Assembly (NCBI RefSeq): GCF_000148385.1
Contig: NC_014537.1
Span: 810,001 to 842,000, forward strand
DNA length: 32,000 nt
Direction of reading: 5' to 3'
Origin: Vulcanisaeta distributa DSM 14429
GTDB taxonomy: Archaea > Thermoproteota > Thermoprotei > Thermoproteales > Thermocladiaceae
The translations under genes were made by a program, and so were the position numbers. The notes under the pieces were generated by a model. The model was given only the letters and a program-made list of their open reading frames with translations. It ran no database searches and was not told the DNA's origin. Positions 24,949 through 31,461 of this stretch are shown here, piece by piece (within the stretch, counting starts at the first letter, position 1; every line of letters starts with the position of its first letter).

Positions 24949-24980
24949 ATTTAGAAATTTCTAAACGCAACCAAAAGAAA
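24946..24980 (-). repeat. Palindrome-repeat copy 3 (inverted relative to copies 1 and 2)
   Basis: The plus strand reads CACA-TTTAGAAATTTCTAAA-CGCAACCAAAAGAAA, with the palindrome at 24950-24965. Its reverse complement, TTTCTTTTGGTTGCG-palindrome-TGTG, aligns with the TTTTGGTTTGTG-palindrome-CGTG of copies 1 and 2. Confidence 0.85.
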
Positions 24981-25062
24981 ACCCACTACCTAACCCGGGC
25001 CGGGGTTTTACGATGGGTGGGTGTGGCCTGTGTTTTGATGATTGTTTTGGTTTTTAGTTCAT

Positions 25063-25446
25063 TCATTGGCTTTGTATTATCCTGCTCATGTACTCTATCC
25101 ATGGTGTTAACGCTGCCGTTGTTTCTGGGTATTTCTGTGTGGCCGTTGTTATTAGTTCGGCTGTTGCCTTCATTATCTCCTCCAGGGCGTTTATGACGTC
25201 CTCCCTGCCCAGTCTCTCCTCGGTTATTGCCTTGGTTATCTCCTCCATGTACTTCAACTCCCTATTAACGTCAATTGCGCCCCTAACCACTATCTTGTTA
25301 GTCCTAGTCCCATACTTATAATGCAGCGGACCCAGGTAGTGCTGCGTACCATCCATGTGAACAGCCACGTAGTATGTGTTCGACCTCTTACCAACCCTGT
25401 AAACACCCTTAATCGGCGCACCGCACCTGGGGCACCTGGCCTGCAT
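25063..25446 (-). CDS. Zinc-ribbon protein of unknown function
   Basis: The N-terminus is MQARCPRCGAPIKGVYRVGKRSNTYYVAVHMDGTQHYLGP, with one CxxC visible and a beta-hairpin-like YYVAVH...HYLGP segment. The C-terminal half is helical and acidic. TTTATAAA (25472-25479) lies 26 nt upstream of the ATG. Confidence 0.6.
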   Translation of the reverse strand: MQARCPRCGAPIKGVYRVGKRSNTYYVAVHMDGTQHYLGPLHYKYGTRTNKIVVRGAIDVNRELKYMEEITKAITEERLGREDVINALEEIMKATAELITTATQKYPETTAALTPWIEYMSRIIQSQ

Positions 25447-25471
25447 ACCGCCGCTTATTTTAACTAATGGG

Positions 25472-25479
25472 TTTATAAA
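25472..25479 (-). promoter_or_regulatory. TATA box (TTTATAAA) for the zinc-ribbon gene
   Basis: The element is palindromic, and its proximal edge is 26 nt from ATG 25446. Confidence 0.5.
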
Positions 25480-25762
25480 CCTTACTCATTAATTCAATTT
25501 TACATGAGTATAAATTATTAATAATCATTAATTAAATATATGGAAAGTTAATAGGAGTTAGTATAGATATCGTTGGATTAAGGATTACGGTAAATGCTCC
25601 ATCATGGATTACGCCATGCACGATGGTGGAAATGCCTGGCTAGGTCCAGCTACCTTAATTACTATGGCTAAGGGTATTCACGGCAGGCGTAGAGTTAGTA
25701 AGGCCAGGTTCATACTGAACTATACAGCAGGTCTGGTGCTTATCGCTTCATTAACGTATTTC

Positions 25763-26314
25763 CTAAGATCCAAGTTCTCTCTTTAGTTCCGTCAATGCGT
25801 TCTCGAGCTCATCGGTCCATTTTACCCTCGCCTTTAACTCCTCAATGCGCCTAATCAACTCCCTCATGAGTAGTTTCACGTCTACCGCGGCCTCCTCCCT
25901 ATTCCTGTACTTGCTCATTACCAAATCTGGGTCCGGCCCATTGTACTGATAATCATGTAGTTCTAGGGCCACCGTGGTCCATGGTAATACTCCGTGGTGG
26001 CCAACCTCCTCAAGCATTTGTGATAGTGCCTTCATCCTCGTGGTTGGTACCCTCGGCACAGCCTTATTTACTAGCCAATTCCTCTCCTCATCACTCCTTA
26101 CAACCCTTAGGAGATTATTAAGTTCGAGCCTCAATAACGCAGCCAGTAAAGCCCTCCATGCCTGGAAAGCCTTACCAGCCGCATTCCTGACAAGACCCTT
26201 GCTCAGGAACTCAAGGGCAAGCCTAGCCTCGACCAAGGCCTCCAAAAGCCTAGCACCCACGTAATCCTCAGTGGTTGGCTTGGGCAAGGGCCTCTCAAGG
26301 ACTTCCGCATCCAC
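25763..26314 (-). CDS. PaREP1-like helical protein
   Basis: The sequences ARLALEFLSKGLVRNAAGKAFQAWRALLAALL and ...ALELHDYQYNG resemble the two conserved helices (ASEKxWGA... and ...LHxNFYH) that I recall for the archaeal PaREP1/PaREP8 family. Confidence 0.5.
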   Translation of the reverse strand: MDAEVLERPLPKPTTEDYVGARLLEALVEARLALEFLSKGLVRNAAGKAFQAWRALLAALLRLELNNLLRVVRSDEERNWLVNKAVPRVPTTRMKALSQMLEEVGHHGVLPWTTVALELHDYQYNGPDPDLVMSKYRNREEAAVDVKLLMRELIRRIEELKARVKWTDELENALTELKRELGS

Positions 26315-26405
26315 GACTTACTTACTGTATTTCCTCCCTTAAATACTTATTGAGGACCGCCTTCCCAACCTATAATGAACCTACGTTCACGCAATTAATT
26401 AAAGG

Positions 26406-26948
26406 TCAGGCTCGTCCCTCATTAATTACTACCTTCTGGGCCTCCTGAACCATCCTCTTTATGTCCGGCAATCTCCTCCTAACCAACTCACTGTCCAGCT
26501 TTGCCTCATGAAACCCCCAGACGTGTAGGTAATTCGCGGCATCCCAAGCCCCCTCAAACCACTTACCCAACCTATCGGCTATCGACGCCACAGCCCTAGC
26601 CAAGTCAATGACTATCCACCTACCCCTACCCTCAACCCTTGCCAACACATCCCTCAAGTCGTAATGCATTGCTAAGGCCTTAACAACCTCCTCAGCGGCC
26701 TTGTAGAGCTTCTCGCTGGCCTGCACGGGGTCCTTATCGATTAAATCCCTACCCTCGTTCAGGTACTTAACCGCCAACTCAAGCCTAGCCCTAACAGCCA
26801 CCTCAGGGTCCAGGTTCAACACCTTAATCAACGTTGTTATTAACAACTCCTCAACATTGAGACCCCTCCTCACAGCCTCCTCATAAAGCGTCCTCGGCAC
26901 ATCAACAACCACAGTACTCATATGAAGCCAACCCAAACCACCAGACAC
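26406..26948 (-). CDS. PaREP1 family protein (probable true start at ATG 26921)
   Basis: The sequence ARLELAVKYLNEGRDLIDKDPVQASEKLYKAAEEVVKALA...GRGRW...AANYLHVWGFHEAKL matches the recalled PaREP1 pattern closely. Confidence 0.6.
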   Translation of the reverse strand: MSGGLGWLHMSTVVVDVPRTLYEEAVRRGLNVEELLITTLIKVLNLDPEVAVRARLELAVKYLNEGRDLIDKDPVQASEKLYKAAEEVVKALAMHYDLRDVLARVEGRGRWIVIDLARAVASIADRLGKWFEGAWDAANYLHVWGFHEAKLDSELVRRRLPDIKRMVQEAQKVVINEGRA

Positions 26949-27108
26949 AACCTATTAACCCTTACGCATGGCCTCAACCTAGCAACCAACGTGCTTAAGG
27001 CGAAGTCCCTAACGCCAAATCCACCCACAAATTCGTAAGGCTTACCTATCTCCTACTAATCAAAGATAAGCCTAAGACAACCATAACCATTCTCTTAATG
27101 CAATATGC

Positions 27109-28170
27109 TTAACTCGTTAGCACTAAATCGTCATGAGTCACAAATCTATTCCTTAGGAATGTTGACCTTATTGGGAAGAATACATGAGCCATCACTACAT
27201 AGGTTGGTAACTTAATATGCGGCGCTTTGTTCAAGTCGAGGAATCCATATCTATTCCTGAACCTCATCCCTAATTCCCAGCCATCAGTAACGGCTTTATA
27301 CATCGTGCAGTATTGTTTAAGGCCCACCTTACATAGTGTCCATGATAATGCCTTGATCCTAGCGTAATAAATGGATACTGTACTATAATGAATAGTCTTT
27401 ATGAAGGCATATGCTATGAATTTAGCCCTAAGTGGGTAATACTTAATGAGACCTGTGCCTCTCGTCGTTAATGATGCGTAGTGTATACCGGCCTCGACAG
27501 GTACGTAATGGGTGGCATAACCAAAATTCCAAAGTCTTATGCCCAGCAGCGCATCATCTGCGTAAAGAAAGGTCTCATCAATAAAAGGTTTGCCATCAAA
27601 ACCAAAACGTTTAACGGCATCCACCCTTACTAGATAATACGCGCCATCGGCATAGGTAACCTCATGAGGCCTATTTGCAGTGGGGCACCTTGTTAAATCA
27701 GCCTTACCGCATATATTTATTGCGGTAAGTATGTCATCAGTACTCCACCCCGCTGAGTATATTTTTCCGTTTGGGTATTTTATTAGTCCGCTTGTTGCTG
27801 CCACCTTCTCGTCTCCCTCCATGTACTCGATTAGCTTGGCCAGTGATTGTGGTGTGGCTATTAGGTCGTTGTTCACGAAGGCCACATACTTCGAGTCCGA
27901 ATCCCTGGCTTCCCAACCAACATTCATACCACCAGCATAACCAAGATTCCTCTCATTGCGTACTATCTTAACCCTAACACCGCTTGGCTTATGCTCCTCA
28001 ATGAACTTCTTAATACGCTCAAAGCTACCATCCGTGGAGGCATTATCAACAACAATCAACTCATAACCATCAAAATCAAGATCAAGAAAAGACCCAAGAC
28101 TCCTCAACACCACATCAATAAACCCCATACTATTATAATTAAGCCAAACCACAGACGCCTTAACCATCAT
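27109..28170 (-). CDS. Family 2 glycosyltransferase (GT-A)
   Basis: The sequence ASVVWLNYNSMGFIDVVLRSL...YELIVVDNASTDGS...NLGYAGGMNVG...FVNNDL carries the DxD-type motif. The pattern is typical of rhamnosyl- and GT2-type transferases. Confidence 0.85.
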   Translation of the reverse strand: MMVKASVVWLNYNSMGFIDVVLRSLGSFLDLDFDGYELIVVDNASTDGSFERIKKFIEEHKPSGVRVKIVRNERNLGYAGGMNVGWEARDSDSKYVAFVNNDLIATPQSLAKLIEYMEGDEKVAATSGLIKYPNGKIYSAGWSTDDILTAINICGKADLTRCPTANRPHEVTYADGAYYLVRVDAVKRFGFDGKPFIDETFLYADDALLGIRLWNFGYATHYVPVEAGIHYASLTTRGTGLIKYYPLRAKFIAYAFIKTIHYSTVSIYYARIKALSWTLCKVGLKQYCTMYKAVTDGWELGMRFRNRYGFLDLNKAPHIKLPTYVVMAHVFFPIRSTFLRNRFVTHDDLVLTS

Positions 28171-28188
28171 CCTAATTCCATGATTACC

Positions 28189-28196
28189 TTTATAAA
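28189..28196. promoter_or_regulatory. Palindromic TATA box TTTATAAA centred in a 47-bp divergent intergenic region; a second copy lies at 28206-28213
   Basis: The centre of the box is about 23 nt from ATG 28170 (minus-strand gene) and about 25 nt from GTG 28218 (plus-strand pseudogene). Confidence 0.45.
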
Positions 28197-28217
28197 GGAT
28201 TTTCGTTTATAAATGGC

Positions 28218-29055
28218 GTGCCCATTGTCACCGCGGTAATCGTTACCTACGACCCAGGTATTGATAAGTCTCCGGTGTTCTTAACTCGGTAATTGATGAG
28301 GTTGATCACGTGGTTATTGTTAATAATTATCCACATAAAAAGACTTAATTAAGGACTTATGCCGTGTGTCTGGCAGGTGCTCATTCATTGAGGTTGGCTT
28401 TAACTCTGGCGTTGCCTATGCCTTGATGAGGGGTGTTCGTTATGCCGTGGTTAATTACAGCCCTGATTGGTTGTTGTTTCTTGATGATGATACTGTTGTG
28501 CTTGATGGTGCTGTGAGGAGGGCCTTGGGTTTTTATGAGGGTTTGCCCAGGCCCGTTAGGGATAGAGTTGGCTTAATTAAGCTTGGCTCGGAAAATGGCA
28601 ATTGCAGGACTTATGAGATTCTTTATTTGGCATTCTCGGGAACCCTTATTAAAAGTGGCATAGCCCTGAAAACATGCTGTAGAACAAACTTCTTCCTAGA
28701 CCAGGCTCACGACCTATACACAAAGGTAAGAGAACTAGGCCACCTAACACTAAAAATAAACTGCAAACTAATAGGGCATAAACTCGAGAAATTCCAATAC
28801 CTGCATCATCAAGGATCCTGAGAAGAAAGGTGGTACTTTTATGAACCACCATGGAAATACTACTACATAGTCAGAAACTCAACAATACTACTGAGGGAGA
28901 GAAGATTAGATTTCTACTTCTATATGCGTCAATTATTTTGGGGCTTAAGGATAATATTTCGTGAGGGATTTAAGAAATTCCTAAAACCCCTGGGATTAGG
29001 CATCATGCACGTGATATTAAATCAAGAGGGATATGTAGGCAGTGAGTATCTTTAA
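28218..29055 (+). pseudogene. Family 2 glycosyltransferase pseudogene (two frameshifts plus one in-frame TGA)
   Basis: GT2-like sequence is spread over three frames. (M)PIVTAVIVTYDPGIDKS runs 28218-28292 and ends in TAA. SGVLNSVIDEVDHVVIVNNYPHKKT runs ~28268-28348 and ends in TAA. LIKDLCRVSGRCSFIEVGFNSGVAYA...WLLFLDDDTVV...FFLDQAHDLYTKVRELG...IGHKLE ends at TGA 28819-28821. The same frame then continues as EERWYFYEPPWKYYYIVRNS... to TAA 29053-29055. Confidence 0.7.
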
Positions 29056-30263
29056 TTTAATTCGAGGTACTTCCTTATGTTGTGGGAGATGACGTTTATA
29101 TTATATTTCGTCTCTATGTCCTTTCTCGCATTACCTCCTAAGTAATTCCTTAATTTTCTGTCATTTACTAGTTCTAGCATTGCCTGTGCCATGGCATTTA
29201 CGTCACCTAAGTTCACCATATATGCATTATACATGTGCTTTAAGACGCCTAATACACCTGGTGTTTTCTCGGCTATTATTGCCCCCTCACTGGTCATGTA
29301 TTGGAACATCGTGGTTCTCTCCGACAAGTACACTGGTAAGTACTTAGTGGCGGTTAATACCTTAATATCCATTGCACGCAGCAACGATAGCCTGAATGGA
29401 TCGTTAAACCTCGTTTGGCTTATGTATACATAATTCCTAATGCCGTACTTCTTAATCATTGGTATTACCGACCTCGATGTCTGCATAACAAGAACCGCAT
29501 CGCCCTTAACCCTATCCTCAATTAACTTGAATGCGCGTATTATCTTCTCAACGCCAATTCTCTCTTTGCCATTCACGATCCACATACCGCCACTATAGCC
29601 AATGAGCACCTTACCCTCAAGATCCCTATACCTCTCAAAGAATATGCTCGTCGATACCCTCATTGGATCGAATCGACCTAAGTCTATGCCGAAGGGCACG
29701 TACCTCACATTACTTATCCCGATTCTTCTAAGTAACGCCGTTATTGCCCTCGACCAAGCCCATACCTGCCATGCCCTCCTAAGCACATGGTAATCAAGGG
29801 CATTCAAACGCAACCCCTCAGCACTGCATGACCATAAATCCATCAAATCAATGACAACCCTTTTGCCAGTACTCATGGCCGCGAGTGCGCCCACGGTATT
29901 TAATATTATCACCGTTCTTTCACGTATTTTTCTAAAGAACGGCACATACAATGATTCTATTGACAAGGCTGTGAATTCATCGACCCTATCTATTCGTACA
30001 CAATCATGAACCCGTGGCAGCATGTAGATTAGATTTTTTCCTGCATGTAGGGCGTTATTAACGTAATTCTCCATTACGTCCTCGGTATTGATATTCACGT
30101 CTGTGAATTCATCCTCACCTCGTAAATGCCCAATTATCGTTCTTAACCTATAAAGTTTAAGGGAGTCTCCCAATGCGCGTTTAATGAATAGCGGTCTAGG
30201 ATATGTATTTATGTTGAGACCAGTTACGTATGCGATTGCTTCATTATTCATAATCCTAGTCAT
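29052..30263 (-). CDS. Glycosyltransferase, GT-B fold (group 1/GT4-like)
   Basis: The C-terminal half reads IGYSGG...LLRAMDIKVLTA...YMTSEGAIIAEKTPGVLGVL...AMAQAMLELVNDRKLRNYLGGNARKDIETKY and resembles the group-1 GT donor-binding domain. This gene is a paralog of the next gene. Confidence 0.6.
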   Translation of the reverse strand: MTRIMNNEAIAYVTGLNINTYPRPLFIKRALGDSLKLYRLRTIIGHLRGEDEFTDVNINTEDVMENYVNNALHAGKNLIYMLPRVHDCVRIDRVDEFTALSIESLYVPFFRKIRERTVIILNTVGALAAMSTGKRVVIDLMDLWSCSAEGLRLNALDYHVLRRAWQVWAWSRAITALLRRIGISNVRYVPFGIDLGRFDPMRVSTSIFFERYRDLEGKVLIGYSGGMWIVNGKERIGVEKIIRAFKLIEDRVKGDAVLVMQTSRSVIPMIKKYGIRNYVYISQTRFNDPFRLSLLRAMDIKVLTATKYLPVYLSERTTMFQYMTSEGAIIAEKTPGVLGVLKHMYNAYMVNLGDVNAMAQAMLELVNDRKLRNYLGGNARKDIETKYNINVISHNIRKYLELN

Positions 30264-31461
30264 TCATTACCTCATCCAGTATCTTATTCAGTTTAACCTT
30301 TAATGCATTATTCCATGAGTATTTAGTCTCCAATTCATACCTCGCATTCATACCTAGTTTCTTCATTAAATTACCATCGTCAATTAAGAGCAATATGCCA
30401 TTAGCCAAGTCCTTAACATTATTAAACTTGAACATATACGCAGTCTTCATGTGCCTTAATACTCCTAACGTTCCTGGCGTCTCCTCAGCCACTATGGCAT
30501 TTCCGCTGGCCATGTAATGAAACATTGTTGACCTCTCGGCTAAATATACGCCGGGTGATTCTGAAGCCGTTAAAATGAGAATATTACTGGCTCTAAGTAA
30601 TGATAGTCTTAACGGATCGTTAAATAACGTACCTGGTACTAATTCATAATGTCTTAGCCCATACCCCTTAAGTAGCGCCTTAACCCTCTGGTTTTGGCCC
30701 CAGGTCTGAATAACTAGGTAAATCTCGTCCTTATTGAATTTCTCTATTAATGAGAATGCTTGAATTAGTTTATCAATACCGTGATACCACTCACCACCGC
30801 CACTGTAGCCTATGATCACCTTCCCATTTAAATCTGGGTACCTCTCAAATAATAAGTTAGATGAGGATCTTAGGGGATCCATAAGGTCTAAGTCAATACC
30901 AAATGGTAGGTACTCCACGCACTGCCCTGGTAACGATCTACGTAATAACGCAGTTATTGCCTTTGACCACGCAATGACGCACCTAGCCCTTCTAAGTGTG
31001 TATAGGTCAATTGAGTTAAATATTACATAATTTCGTTCGCAATGCCATAGGTCCATTAAGTCAATTATCACCCTCTTCCCATTATTAATGGCGGCCAAGG
31101 CGCCTATCGTGTTTTTAATGATTACGTATCTCTCACGTAATTTCTTAAAGAATAGGATCCCATACATCATTTCCTTAGTTAATGATAATCCATCGAAGCT
31201 TCCATCCTGCCTATGGCATGGCTCAATTATTCTTAAAGGGTCTATTCCCTTTACGGCATTGATTAATCCGTGAGTAACACCCGCTTGCTTTGACCCACCA
31301 TTTGTTTCACCGCTTATTGGTTCATTATAGAACAGTGAACGCCTTAGACTTAGTAAATATATGTTTAGCCCAGGTATTGCCTTCTTCATGAATAATGGCC
31401 TTGGAAATATCATGGGATTGAACCTGGTAATGTAGGCTATATGCCCATCCATTATAATCAC
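30256..31461 (-). CDS. Glycosyltransferase, GT-B fold (group 1/GT4-like), tandem paralog
   Basis: The protein is colinear with the 29052-30263 product: FPRPLFMKKAI vs YPRPLFIKRAL, RERYVIIKNTIGALAAINNGKRVIIDLMDLWHC vs RERTVIILNTVGALAAMSTGKRVVIDLMDLWSC, and AITALLRR in both. The two genes overlap by 8 nt. Confidence 0.6.
   Translation of the reverse strand: MIIMDGHIAYITRFNPMIFPRPLFMKKAIPGLNIYLLSLRRSLFYNEPISGETNGGSKQAGVTHGLINAVKGIDPLRIIEPCHRQDGSFDGLSLTKEMMYGILFFKKLRERYVIIKNTIGALAAINNGKRVIIDLMDLWHCERNYVIFNSIDLYTLRRARCVIAWSKAITALLRRSLPGQCVEYLPFGIDLDLMDPLRSSSNLLFERYPDLNGKVIIGYSGGGEWYHGIDKLIQAFSLIEKFNKDEIYLVIQTWGQNQRVKALLKGYGLRHYELVPGTLFNDPLRLSLLRASNILILTASESPGVYLAERSTMFHYMASGNAIVAEETPGTLGVLRHMKTAYMFKFNNVKDLANGILLLIDDGNLMKKLGMNARYELETKYSWNNALKVKLNKILDEVMND

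Noticed and set aside
21945-24965. The idea that the palindromes are origin recognition boxes (ORB elements) of a replication origin next to an AAA+ initiator.
   Set aside because: The ATPase has Arch_ATPase-type motifs (FVDRD..., GPEGCGKT) rather than Orc1/Cdc6 features I recognise. The 16-mer does not match the ORB/mini-ORB core as I recall it (…CCAGTGGAAA…). There is also no AT-rich unwinding element between oppositely oriented copies. I cannot fully exclude the idea without marker-frequency data.
28969-28986. TTTAAGAAATTCCTAAAA, which resembles the TTTAGAAATTTCTAAA palindrome.
   Set aside because: It has two extra bases, is not a true palindrome, lacks the TTTTGGTTTGTG/CGTG flanks, and lies inside the coding remnant of the GT2 pseudogene (GFKKFLKP). 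It is probably coincidental.
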